This document shows, piece by piece, positions 1-8,576 of a stretch of DNA of 64,000 bases. The notes beneath the pieces are model-generated. The model searched no databases, was not told the DNA's origin, and worked only from the letters and a program-made list of their open reading frames with translations. Positions within the stretch are counted from its first letter, which is position 1. Each line of letters begins with the position of its first letter. The stretch lies in the sequence record LR756504.1; one strand, 5' to 3'. The position numbers were made by a program, and so were the translations under genes.

Positions 1-186
1 AAGTAAGATTTGATCCAATTTAACATTGATAGCGATTTTATTTTTATATATCTTAATTTCGATGTTCAATCTAAAAGTTTGAAATAGAAAACTTGAAATT
101 AAGATTCAAAATTCCCCGTTTGAATAGTGAACTTGGGGAAATTGATTTTCCTGCGCCCCGAAAATTAGAAATAGATTCTCTATAGT

Positions 187-215
187 AAAACTATTTGGGA
201 TAGATTAACTATAAT
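187..215 (+). promoter_or_regulatory. Class II promoter AAAACT-N17-TATAAT
   Basis: AAAACT 187-192, TATAAT 210-215, just upstream of the 221 gene block. Confidence 0.6.
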
Positions 216-220
216 GAAAT

Positions 221-457
221 ATGAAATATAGTGTGGATGATATTCTAATTTGTAAGAAAGTAGGTTTAGATATACTATTAGGAAAGAAGTTTTCTATAGT
301 AGATATATCTGTTGACAATTTTAATATTTGTATTTGTTCTATACAATCTGAAGATTCAATAGAATATCCTATAATGTATTTCCCTGAAACATTAGATGAA
401 TATTTCTATAATTTACAAGAACATAGAAAAGCTATCATAGACAACCTCCTTTCTTAA
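221..457 (+). CDS. C-terminal-tag family small protein
   Basis: Ends QEHRKAIIDNLLS*. Confidence 0.8.
   Translation: MKYSVDDILICKKVGLDILLGKKFSIVDISVDNFNICICSIQSEDSIEYPIMYFPETLDEYFYNLQEHRKAIIDNLLS
444..454 (+). repeat. Anti-Shine-Dalgarno-identical 11-mer ACCTCCTTTCT, copy 1
   Basis: Exact match, also at 985, 3300 and 5616. Confidence 0.85.
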
Positions 458-469
458 AATTAAACTATA

Positions 470-715
470 ATGAAAATGAAATATATTAAAGTCGGTGATT
501 ATTTATTTTGTATTAAAAGATATAAGTTTGATAATGATACGATTGATTTTTACGTTGGTGAAAAGTGTAAAGTTATAACTAAATGGATTAGTGGAATAAC
601 TATTGGTAAAGCTAAAGATTACGCTTACGGTATTCCTTTTTCTTTAGTAGGAGTTCACCTTTATTTTGAAACAGTTGAGGAACATAGAAAAAAATTAATA
701 GCAAGTATTCTATGA
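470..715 (+). CDS. C-terminal-tag family small protein (LxC..G.K subfamily)
   Basis: VGDYLFCIK start; ends EEHRKKLIASIL*. Confidence 0.8.
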   Translation: MKMKYIKVGDYLFCIKRYKFDNDTIDFYVGEKCKVITKWISGITIGKAKDYAYGIPFSLVGVHLYFETVEEHRKKLIASIL

Positions 716-975
716 TAGAAATGATTAGTGAATCTGACCAAGAGTATACAAATGGTTATCGAATATCTGCTTGGATAGAATATCCTGTTAGAAGTTATCT
801 ATGTGGTGCAATAAGAATAGAATACTTTTATAACAATGTGAAAAGACATGAATGTATTTTTCCACCTATAGAAGGATATTATTTACCGTATACTGAATTA
901 TTAAAGTTGGCAAAAGATAATGCTCCTAAAAGCGTGAGTGAATTACGAAAGGAGATAATAGAAGACTTATTATAA
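712..975 (+). CDS. C-terminal-tag protein, paralog of 23090
   Basis: YRISAWIEYP..EYFYN shared with 23090; ends SELRKEIIEDLL*. Confidence 0.8.
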   Translation: MIEMISESDQEYTNGYRISAWIEYPVRSYLCGAIRIEYFYNNVKRHECIFPPIEGYYLPYTELLKLAKDNAPKSVSELRKEIIEDLL

Positions 976-984
976 ATTCTCTAT

Positions 985-995
985 ACCTCCTTTCT
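985..995 (+). repeat. Anti-SD 11-mer, copy 2
   Basis: ACCTCCTTTCT, intergenic. Confidence 0.85.
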
Positions 996-1011
996 TTATA
1001 GATATAAGTTT

Positions 1012-1257
1012 ATGAATGATTTTAAAACAGGTGATAAATTATACAGTAATAAACACAATATGTGGTTTACTATAATTTATATTTTTGAAGATATAACAAC
1101 ATCAACGAATTTACATATAAGAAGTGATGAAAAAGTAAAGGGTATTCATATTCATATAGGTAAAGGAATAAGATATAGTGATATTGGTGTAGAGTATTTA
1201 ACAAAAGTTCAATATAAAGCAAAAAGAAGGAATTCTATAATACGCGATTTATTATAA
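1012..1257 (+). CDS. C-terminal-tag protein (GDKLYS pair)
   Basis: Ends KRRNSIIRDLL*; paralog of 1259. Confidence 0.8.
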   Translation: MNDFKTGDKLYSNKHNMWFTIIYIFEDITTSTNLHIRSDEKVKGIHIHIGKGIRYSDIGVEYLTKVQYKAKRRNSIIRDLL

Positions 1258-1258
1258 T

Positions 1259-1564
1259 ATGGATAAAGAACTTTTCAATTTAAAACCAGGTGATAAGTTG
1301 TATAGTCATAAGTATGAAATATGGCTTACAATATTTTCTGTATCTACGTGTATTGGATATATTCAAAATAATATATTTACTATGGAGCTTGTTACAAAAA
1401 GTGTTCCTGATAGTGAGTTATATTTTAGTGCAAATTGTAGAGAACGTCTTAATTTAACACTTGCACATATAGGAATTAATGATATAGGATTGGATAAGAA
1501 ATTCTTAACTGAGGTACAATATAAATTTAAAAAGAGGAATGCTATAATAAATGATTTACTATAA
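1259..1564 (+). CDS. C-terminal-tag protein (GDKLYS pair)
   Basis: Ends KKRNAIINDLL*. Confidence 0.8.
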   Translation: MDKELFNLKPGDKLYSHKYEIWLTIFSVSTCIGYIQNNIFTMELVTKSVPDSELYFSANCRERLNLTLAHIGINDIGLDKKFLTEVQYKFKKRNAIINDLL

Positions 1565-1827
1565 TGGAAATAGGAGATATATTAATAGTTAAAAATAAAA
1601 TAATTAAAGACGGTAATCTTTATGCTATACCTAAGTATACTAAGGTTATTATTTGGAGTAAATGTAATATGAATAAATTTTATAAAAATAACTCACATAT
1701 AGCCTATGGAATTAAAACTAAAGATACTGCAAGGATACTTACAGATGATGAAATAGCACTTAATTTTTGGACATTAGCTGAATATAGAAAAATTAAAATA
1801 GAAGACTTGATTACAGAATGTATTTAA
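1564..1827 (+). CDS. C-terminal-tag protein (FWTxAEYRK subfamily)
   Basis: IGDILIVK start; ends FWTLAEYRKIKIEDLITECI*. Confidence 0.8.
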   Translation: MEIGDILIVKNKIIKDGNLYAIPKYTKVIIWSKCNMNKFYKNNSHIAYGIKTKDTARILTDDEIALNFWTLAEYRKIKIEDLITECI

Positions 1828-2143
1828 ATACGTGATTCTCAATTTCTCTATTTTTTAGCATTTTTGTATAGTCTTTAATATCCACTGAGATTTTTTTTAA
1901 TCTATAAGTATCTTCATGCATACTTTTAGGATCCTTCAATTCTTCAATGAATCTTTCTATCATATTATCGAAAGAATTGAATCTCCTTTCGCAATAAAAT
2001 TCAAGTTCTTTAATATAGGCTTTTTTATCTTCTTTAATAGAATCATCATCATTGCGTAGTATTACCCAACGAACATTTTTTATAATGTCATCTTCGGTTT
2101 CTATTTTATCAAGTTCGGCTTTTGATTTGAATAGTTCATTCAT
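1811..2143 (-). CDS. Hypothetical protein
   Basis: 110 aa, ATG start, downstream of 2154 in the same operon. Confidence 0.7.
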   Translation of the reverse strand: MNELFKSKAELDKIETEDDIIKNVRWVILRNDDDSIKEDKKAYIKELEFYCERRFNSFDNMIERFIEELKDPKSMHEDTYRLKKISVDIKDYTKMLKNREIENHVFKYIL

Positions 2144-2153
2144 AATATAAAAT

Positions 2154-2408
2154 TTACTTAATTTTACCGTATTTTAATTTACCGTTTAAATAATCAGAAA
2201 CATTAAATGTGATATTTTCGGCTTTGATAGTTGCAGACCAATGTTCTGATGTAGCAATAGTATCACCACATTGACTTATGTATTTTATGTTGATTCTTGT
2301 TGCATGAAATGGTTGAACTTCCAATACTGTTTTATAATCATAACATTTCGGACCATTACATGAATAAAATAAACATATAATTATTAGATAAATGATAGTA
2401 TTTTTCAT
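2154..2408 (-). CDS. Putative lipoprotein
   Basis: MKNTIIYLIIICLFYSC lipoprotein-type signal. Confidence 0.6.
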   Translation of the reverse strand: MKNTIIYLIIICLFYSCNGPKCYDYKTVLEVQPFHATRINIKYISQCGDTIATSEHWSATIKAENITFNVSDYLNGKLKYGKIK

Positions 2409-2412
2409 AATA

Positions 2413-2444
2413 CAAAGATAGTGAATTTTGTATTCAAATGCAAA
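2413..2444 (-). promoter_or_regulatory. Bacteroidota-type promoter, leaderless
   Basis: TTTG-N20-TATCTTTG-N4-ATG. Confidence 0.85.
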
Positions 2445-2463
2445 TAATCTTATGTAAAATAAT

Positions 2464-2492
2464 GAAACATTATGGTATATTTTTTCTATAAT
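2464..2492 (+). promoter_or_regulatory. Class II promoter variant GAAACA-N17-TATAAT
   Basis: Upstream of the 2499 tagged block. Confidence 0.45.
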
Positions 2493-2498
2493 TAGTCT

Positions 2499-2729
2499 AT
2501 GGATGAAGGTGATATATTAATAGTTAAAACTGATATGTTTTTAGGTATACCTAAACATAGTAAAGTTATTATACATAATCGTCATACAACTATAATTAGT
2601 AGCTATAGAATTAATAGTTATATACTTAAATATGGTGATGATTATTCAAGGGTAATTAGTGATAGCGAATTATGTAATTTTTGGACTGCTATAGAATACA
2701 GAAAATTTAAAATAGAAGAACTATTATGA
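2499..2729 (+). CDS. C-terminal-tag protein (FWTxAEYRK subfamily)
   Basis: Ends FWTAIEYRKFKIEELL*. Confidence 0.8.
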   Translation: MDEGDILIVKTDMFLGIPKHSKVIIHNRHTTIISSYRINSYILKYGDDYSRVISDSELCNFWTAIEYRKFKIEELL

Positions 2730-2941
2730 TAGAAGGTGATATACTAATACTTAAATGTGATATGTTTTTAGATATACCTAAGTATACTAAGGTTACTATT
2801 TATAGATGTTTAACAACAATTAATCGTTGTATAATTGATATTGATAATGGTGCTATGAAAGCTATGATACAAGAAAAAGAATTAAGTTATTTCTGGAAAT
2901 TAGCAGAGTATAGACAACATAAAATAAAAGATTTAATATAA
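2726..2941 (+). CDS. C-terminal-tag protein (FWTxAEYRK subfamily)
   Basis: Ends FWKLAEYRQHKIKDLI*. Confidence 0.8.
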   Translation: MIEGDILILKCDMFLDIPKYTKVTIYRCLTTINRCIIDIDNGAMKAMIQEKELSYFWKLAEYRQHKIKDLI

Positions 2942-3300
2942 TGACTAGTATAGAGCTTATAGAGAAAATGAAAGGATTTAAATATTTAGAAGAAATATTA
3001 AATCAAGAAATAGAAAAAATGAATCGTTTTTTTGCATATGTTATATTAGATAATCAATGGAATCAAATAGAGTTTAGTCATTATAATGTTGATGATAGAA
3101 ATTGTAATAATTATTTAAGTATATACCTAAATTGTTTAATACAAAATGACTGTATGAATGATGACGAATTACCACATATGATTATATTATTAGATTATAC
3201 TAACGAAGAATCTTTTAACGAAAAATATCATATCATGTTAATGAATAAGGAGTCTATAATAAAGGCTTATAAGAGGAAGTATATTATAGAGAATGTTTAA
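2941..3300 (+). CDS. C-terminal-tag protein
   Basis: Ends AYKRKYIIENV*. Confidence 0.75.
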   Translation: MTSIELIEKMKGFKYLEEILNQEIEKMNRFFAYVILDNQWNQIEFSHYNVDDRNCNNYLSIYLNCLIQNDCMNDDELPHMIILLDYTNEESFNEKYHIMLMNKESIIKAYKRKYIIENV

Positions 3301-3310
3301 CCTCCTTTCT
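3300..3310 (+). repeat. Anti-SD 11-mer, copy 3
   Basis: ACCTCCTTTCT ending 2 nt before ATG 3313. Confidence 0.85.
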
Positions 3311-3312
3311 AT

Positions 3313-3648
3313 ATGGAAATAAATTTACACATCTCTTACAATTTGGGTATAAACTATAACTATAAAAGAAGTGATACTATAGTAAAAGTTATTGACTATC
3401 CTTTGAATAAGGGTTTAAATGATAAAGGATATTATATAGATGTTTATAGCTATAATGTATGTAGAGAAACAATTATGGACATATTGAAGCTTGATAATAT
3501 AAAATATACTACAATTAGAATTATGGCTAATAAGCTTCTAATAAACAATAAATCAACATCAATATTAAAGTATGTAACTGTTTATATTAGTAATATTGAT
3601 TATTACAGAACTTGGAATAGAAAAACTATAATAGAAGAACTAATATGA
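3313..3648 (+). CDS. C-terminal-tag protein
   Basis: Ends TWNRKTIIEELI*. Confidence 0.8.
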   Translation: MEINLHISYNLGINYNYKRSDTIVKVIDYPLNKGLNDKGYYIDVYSYNVCRETIMDILKLDNIKYTTIRIMANKLLINNKSTSILKYVTVYISNIDYYRTWNRKTIIEELI

Positions 3649-3878
3649 ATGTTGGAGATATACTAATAGCTAAAGATAATGAATTATTTATAAAAGGGTT
3701 ATCGAAATATGATAAACTTATCATATTAGATAAGTATTCTACATTTTCATTATATAGACTTGATAGCATTAATATGGATGTAAGTATTTTTTCTATGATA
3801 TTTACTAAAAGTGAATTAGAATTTCATTTTTGGACATTAGCAGAATATAGAAAACTTATTATAGAAGACTTAATATGA
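3645..3878 (+). CDS. C-terminal-tag protein (FWTxAEYRK subfamily)
   Basis: Ends FWTLAEYRKLIIEDLI*. Confidence 0.8.
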   Translation: MNVGDILIAKDNELFIKGLSKYDKLIILDKYSTFSLYRLDSINMDVSIFSMIFTKSELEFHFWTLAEYRKLIIEDLI

Positions 3879-4093
3879 AATATGGTGATGTATTAATAGC
3901 TAAAGATACAGAATTACCTGGTATATCTAAATATGATAAAGTTGTTATTACTTATATGTATTCTGATAATACTAATTTTTATTATAAAATTGAATGTGAC
4001 GTGGATACTATGATACTTCATGAGAAAGATATACCATATTATTTTTGGACATTATCAGAGTATCGAAAACTTATCATAAAAGATTTAATATAG
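3875..4093 (+). CDS. C-terminal-tag protein (FWTxAEYRK subfamily)
   Basis: Ends FWTLSEYRKLIIKDLI*. Confidence 0.8.
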   Translation: MKYGDVLIAKDTELPGISKYDKVVITYMYSDNTNFYYKIECDVDTMILHEKDIPYYFWTLSEYRKLIIKDLI

Positions 4094-4100
4094 AGAAATT

Positions 4101-4328
4101 ATGTACAAGAAAGGAGATGTTCTATTATATAAATTGGATAGTAGAGGAATTAAGAAAGGTGAGAGATTCTATATAAAAGATGTCACTATAAGTAGTGGAG
4201 GAGGAGTATATTACCATGTTTCTGATAAAGGTAGTTATACGTATACATTTACCGATGAAAATATTCATGATAAATTTATTACATTAGAGGAGCATAGAAA
4301 ACTTATTATTAAAGAGATAATAGATTAG
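4101..4328 (+). CDS. C-terminal-tag protein
   Basis: KKGDVLL start; ends LEEHRKLIIKEIID*. Confidence 0.8.
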   Translation: MYKKGDVLLYKLDSRGIKKGERFYIKDVTISSGGGVYYHVSDKGSYTYTFTDENIHDKFITLEEHRKLIIKEIID

Positions 4329-4331
4329 CAG

Positions 4332-4359
4332 AAAACTTAATTAAATAATACAGTATAAT
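4332..4359 (+). promoter_or_regulatory. Class II promoter variant AAAACT-N16-TATAAT
   Basis: Upstream of 4378. Confidence 0.4.
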
Positions 4360-4377
4360 AATAAAGATAAAAAAGAT

Positions 4378-4638
4378 ATGAGTAAGTTAAAATTTAAAAG
4401 CGACATTAATTCTATAGTTAAGAATGATAGAATTACATTTTGGGTAAATGCTGCATGTTCAGTAGTTGGTACAATTCTTTTGTTAAAAGGGCATTTCTAT
4501 ATTTTACCTTATATACTTGTAATGGTATTAGGTATATTTTTAGATAAAGAAAATACTGATAAAAAATATGTGAGAATGTATAATATTGCTTTATGTTTAG
4601 TAATTGGTTTAACAATGGTTTATCAATTATTATTTTAA
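4378..4638 (+). CDS. Small membrane protein
   Basis: Three hydrophobic stretches. Confidence 0.65.
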   Translation: MSKLKFKSDINSIVKNDRITFWVNAACSVVGTILLLKGHFYILPYILVMVLGIFLDKENTDKKYVRMYNIALCLVIGLTMVYQLLF

Positions 4639-4749
4639 TGACTACATTAGAAAACATAGTAAATATTAGCAATACTTTATCATGGCGAGATATAGATAAA
4701 TTTTACAGGTAGAATAGTTTAAGTATAAGTGATTCTAAGAAATGATATT

Positions 4750-5070
4750 ATGATTGAAAAAGGAGATATAGTAATATCATATTCAAATGTATATGTTTAT
4801 TTGAGAAGTATAGAAAATACAATGGGTGTTATTTATGATTACTTATATATTGCAGAATTTAATTCTACATTTACAGATGTTTCATTATCAACATTAAGAA
4901 CGTATGAATTACGTGATGATAAGTTATCTGATACTGAAATATTAGAATTATCAAAATTTCTATTTAAAACAAAGAAATATATGGAAGTTTCGAGTGCTAT
5001 AGAATATCATGATGTTCCTAATAAATTGATTAATATTAGAGAGAGAAATTTAAAATGGTTATTAGAATAA
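4750..5070 (+). CDS. Hypothetical protein with variant C-terminal tag
   Basis: Likely ATG start MIEKGDIV; ends IRERNLKWLLE*. Confidence 0.65.
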   Translation: MIEKGDIVISYSNVYVYLRSIENTMGVIYDYLYIAEFNSTFTDVSLSTLRTYELRDDKLSDTEILELSKFLFKTKKYMEVSSAIEYHDVPNKLINIRERNLKWLLE

Positions 5071-5074
5071 AGGT

Positions 5075-5305
5075 ATGTTTAAAAAAGTATTCTATTTTAA
5101 GGATAATATTAAATCAGAAGTTAACTGTGAATCTATTTTTCATAGTATAATAATAAAATATTTTAATAAGGATATTGAGTTTTATGAAACATCTATAGAT
5201 AGTTATCCTTTTGTATATACTGATGCTGGATTATTTGATTTGGCTTATAATAATATTCCAAGAGTTCACATAAAAAGAAAGAAAATAATAGAAGACTTGT
5301 TATGA
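5075..5305 (+). CDS. C-terminal-tag protein
   Basis: Ends IKRKKIIEDLL*. Confidence 0.75.
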   Translation: MFKKVFYFKDNIKSEVNCESIFHSIIIKYFNKDIEFYETSIDSYPFVYTDAGLFDLAYNNIPRVHIKRKKIIEDLL

Positions 5306-5571
5306 TAGAGAGAAGATTTAATTCAGGTTTTAAACCAGGTGATAGAGTTAAAGTAAACTATAAGATGGTTAGTAAAGGACAATTACTAACTGTTAGAGAT
5401 AAAATTTTAACAGTGAAAGAGGTTAAGCATCACATTAGTCATTATTGGATAGTTTACTTTGTAGAGGAAAATAAATTTTATGAATTGGATAAAGGGTTAT
5501 TAAATATTCTATTAATTAAAGTAGATATTAGAGATGATAGAAGATTAAGAATTAGTTCATTGAAATTATAG
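5302..5571 (+). CDS. KOW/SH3-like C-terminal-tag protein
   Basis: FKPGDRVKV; ends DDRRLRISSLKL*. Confidence 0.75.
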   Translation: MIERRFNSGFKPGDRVKVNYKMVSKGQLLTVRDKILTVKEVKHHISHYWIVYFVEENKFYELDKGLLNILLIKVDIRDDRRLRISSLKL

Positions 5572-5615
5572 TTTCCAATTCTTTATTTAGTCTATCTGTT
5601 GCTCCAAGTATGTAA

Positions 5616-5626
5616 ACCTCCTTTCT
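5616..5626 (+). repeat. Anti-SD 11-mer, copy 4
   Basis: ACCTCCTTTCT between convergent genes. Confidence 0.85.
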
Positions 5627-5642
5627 TTTTATGTGATATATA

Positions 5643-5822
5643 TTATTTTAAATTTTTTCTATCATATTCATCTCTTTTCTTTAGTGAATATTTAATAACA
5701 AAATACTGCATAATTGGAAATATTGTAAGTTCAATACCTAGCATTATATAATTCTTCTGTGATAGCATAGGTATTGCACAGTAAATAGTTGTTAGTATTA
5801 TTACTGGGTAGAAATGTTTCAT
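5643..5822 (-). CDS. Small membrane protein (59 aa, not in ORF track)
   Basis: MKHFYPVIILTTIYCAIP...KRDEYDRKNLK*, translated by hand. Confidence 0.6.
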   Translation of the reverse strand: MKHFYPVIILTTIYCAIPMLSQKNYIMLGIELTIFPIMQYFVIKYSLKKRDEYDRKNLK

Positions 5823-5826
5823 ATTA

Positions 5827-6132
5827 TTAAATATTTAGATTGTTTATTTTAGATAATCTATTATTTAGAGTATTGTTTATTTGGAATATATCTTCAGAGT
5901 ATTTACAAATTGACCAACCATAACCATTTGTATCTTGTATAGCGAAATGTGGTGTATAACCTTCTTTGTGAATATACTCTATATTTTTTATAGTTAGAGT
6001 ATACGGATATTTGACTTTATTCATACCGTATATACCACCAGCACAATTTGACCAACTATATGGATATTTTAGTATAGTTACTCTATCACCTGCTTTTAAA
6101 TCTGCAAATTTTAAATAACTCATATTAGTCAA
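5827..6132 (-). CDS. YPYT/DTNGYGW family tagged protein
   Basis: GDRVTILKYPYSWS..KYPYTLTI..HFAIQDTNGYGWSI; ends NNRLSKINNLNI*. Confidence 0.85.
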   Translation of the reverse strand: MTNMSYLKFADLKAGDRVTILKYPYSWSNCAGGIYGMNKVKYPYTLTIKNIEYIHKEGYTPHFAIQDTNGYGWSICKYSEDIFQINNTLNNRLSKINNLNI

Positions 6133-6541
6133 TTAATTTCCATTTTTTAATTTCGAACTGTTTGAATTCTGTAGCTGTATCTTCGGTTATATTAATTTTT
6201 CTCCATTGATAAGTACTGCTATAAATAAACCAAGCCACATCATAGTTATTACCATCAGATACAAGTACATCTATTCCTTCAGGTGGATAAGTATCATAGT
6301 TATTGATTTCAATATCAATCCATTTAACAATATCTTTTTTAAGGATTTGTTGTTTCTTGTCTTTGATGATAGAGTATGTAGTTCTATAAGGTTGATAGTT
6401 TACGTGAGCATCAACACGTTCATCATCAATATAGAATTCGGGAAGGACTTTTCTAATACCTTCAGGTAAACCAGGTGATTGTTTATAAACCTCTAATAGG
6501 ATTCTATTATCAGGTAGATTATGTGTGATAGTGAAATTCAT
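6125..6541 (-). CDS. Protein with C-terminal DUF551-like domain
   Basis: WI....YPPEGIDVLVSDG..YDVAW...W pattern. Confidence 0.55.
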   Translation of the reverse strand: MNFTITHNLPDNRILLEVYKQSPGLPEGIRKVLPEFYIDDERVDAHVNYQPYRTTYSIIKDKKQQILKKDIVKWIDIEINNYDTYPPEGIDVLVSDGNNYDVAWFIYSSTYQWRKINITEDTATEFKQFEIKKWKLID

Positions 6542-6708
6542 ATTAGTATTCCCAAATGGTTAATATATCGTCTAATTTATCATCAATTTTGTATAGCGTT
6601 CTATTATCCAATTTTTCTTCAAATTCTTCGGATAGATATTTTTTTATTTTATCTAATTTATTGTTGATGATGAACAATTTGATTTGTTCTTCTTTAGTTA
6701 GTGCCATA

Positions 6709-7002
6709 TTATATGTTTAAGTTCTCTATTCTATTTTTTCTATTAATTAAAATATTGTTTCTTTGAAATAAAAATACAGTTTCACTATTAATAGCCCAAC
6801 CAAAACCATTAGTATCTTTTATAGCAATATGTGGCATCCAAGCATATCTATTATACGTTATATTATCTATCGTTAGTAGATATGGATATTTAACTTTATA
6901 TCGTTTATCTATACCACCAGCTGCACTAGACCAACTATTTGGATAATTTAAGATAGTTACACTATCCCCAACTTTTAAGTCTTTAAAATGTAAATAGTTC
7001 AT
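6709..7002 (-). CDS. YPYT/DTNGYGW family tagged protein
   Basis: Ends INRKNRIENLNI*. Confidence 0.85.
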   Translation of the reverse strand: MNYLHFKDLKVGDSVTILNYPNSWSSAAGGIDKRYKVKYPYLLTIDNITYNRYAWMPHIAIKDTNGFGWAINSETVFLFQRNNILINRKNRIENLNI

Positions 7003-7286
7003 TCTTCAATATTTAAGTTGTCTATTCTATTTTTTCTATCGTTTAGAACATCGTTCTTTTCAAATAGATGATATGTTCTTCTATTAATTGACCAACAATA
7101 ACCATCTGTGTCATCTATGGATATAGCTAAATGTGTACCACCACATCCTATATCACATATTTTATTTATAATAAAGGTGTATGGATATTTTAACTTTCCA
7201 TTATTAAACCAATCCCATAAAGGAGGTTCACATAGAATAGTTACTCTATCGCCTACTTTTAAATCGGTGCAATTTAAATCTATCAT
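6999..7286 (-). CDS. YPYT/DTNGYGW family tagged protein
   Basis: Ends NDRKNRIDNLNIEE*. Confidence 0.85.
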   Translation of the reverse strand: MIDLNCTDLKVGDRVTILCEPPLWDWFNNGKLKYPYTFIINKICDIGCGGTHLAISIDDTDGYCWSINRRTYHLFEKNDVLNDRKNRIDNLNIEE

Positions 7287-7537
7287 TTATTTGAATTCTT
7301 TTGAATAATTCTTTCTAACTTTTTAAAATTTTTTACAATAGTTCTTTCTACTTGAGATAATGCGGTATCAATTTTAGAATCATCCATGTTATCTACAACT
7401 TGATGGTAGGTAAGTTCATCTATATTATCAGAAGGCTTTTTATACATTCGTTTAAATAGATTTATTTGTGGTTCTGTACATTGGAATAGTAATCTCTTTA
7501 GAGTATCCTTTCCAAATTTAGCTAATGTTTGATTCAT
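7283..7537 (-). CDS. Hypothetical protein
   Basis: 84 aa, overlaps both neighbours in the operon. Confidence 0.7.
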   Translation of the reverse strand: MNQTLAKFGKDTLKRLLFQCTEPQINLFKRMYKKPSDNIDELTYHQVVDNMDDSKIDTALSQVERTIVKNFKKLERIIQKNSNK

Positions 7538-7799
7538 TTAAGTTGTTTATTCTATTTTTTCTATCATTTAAAACATTATTTTTTCCAACTAGATTGTAAT
7601 TAATTTCATCAATTAACCAACTACGATTATCATTATCTTTAACAAGTATTCTCGTTTCATTAAAAGTATTTACACGTAATATATATTCTATAATAAATGT
7701 ATAAGGATAAACTAATACATTTCCATAGAAAGTAGGTTTGTTTGGGATAGTTACTCTATCACCAATTTTTAAATCATTAATAAAGTTTGAATATGTCAT
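7518..7799 (-). CDS. YPYT family tagged protein (divergent)
   Basis: GDRVTIP..YPYTFII; ends NDRKNRINNLNESNIS*. Confidence 0.8.
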   Translation of the reverse strand: MTYSNFINDLKIGDRVTIPNKPTFYGNVLVYPYTFIIEYILRVNTFNETRILVKDNDNRSWLIDEINYNLVGKNNVLNDRKNRINNLNESNIS

Positions 7800-7800
7800 A

Positions 7801-8280
7801 TTAAAATAGTCTAACTTCGTCTATTGGAACTTTATAGAAATCTTTTAGAATACCTTTTACAATTAAATCAAATTTTCTATTACCACCATAAAGTTCTATA
7901 TCAGTTTTTTGATTTAAAGACGTAGTATCAATACCCATTCTTCTTGGATGTAAATAGAATTTCTTTTCTTGTATAAGATATTCCATAACGATAACACCAT
8001 TCTTTCTATATTCTTTTACAATATAAGGCTCTTCACCTTCATCAGTTATTTCTTCATCTCTTTCTGTAATAACTAAGTCTTTGATTAATTTAATGAAATA
8101 ATTTTTGAAGGATTCTTTCTCATTATCTTCAACAACAACTTCTTCTGTTTTAGGCACATCTTTAGAATTGATGTTTTGTAATTCAGATATAACTTGTTTT
8201 ATTGCAAGTTTAGCAGTTTCTAAATCACCATCTTCAATTCTTTTAATAGATATATTTAATATTTTAGTTAGATGTTTCAT
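7801..8280 (-). CDS. Hypothetical protein
   Basis: 159 aa, in operon. Confidence 0.7.
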   Translation of the reverse strand: MKHLTKILNISIKRIEDGDLETAKLAIKQVISELQNINSKDVPKTEEVVVEDNEKESFKNYFIKLIKDLVITERDEEITDEGEEPYIVKEYRKNGVIVMEYLIQEKKFYLHPRRMGIDTTSLNQKTDIELYGGNRKFDLIVKGILKDFYKVPIDEVRLF

Positions 8281-8575
8281 TGTTTATATTATTTATTTTA
8301 TTTTTTCTATTTTCAATAATAGAATTTCTTGTGAAGATTTCTGCATTATCATTAATTATTGCCCAACCAAAACCATTAGTATCTTGTATAGCTAAATGAG
8401 GTAAGTATTGCTTATTTCTATTTTGGTGAGATACACTTTTTATAGTTAATGTATATGGGTATTCAACTTTATCAACACCATATGTTCCACCATCAAGATG
8501 TGAATATACGTATGGTTCTTTTAGTATAGTTACTCTATCACCTGGTTTTAAGTCTATAAAACTTAAATAGCTCAT
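8264..8575 (-). CDS. YPYT/DTNGYGW family tagged protein
   Basis: Ends ENRKNKINNINNETSN*. Confidence 0.85.
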   Translation of the reverse strand: MSYLSFIDLKPGDRVTILKEPYVYSHLDGGTYGVDKVEYPYTLTIKSVSHQNRNKQYLPHLAIQDTNGFGWAIINDNAEIFTRNSIIENRKNKINNINNETSN

Positions 8576-8576
8576 A

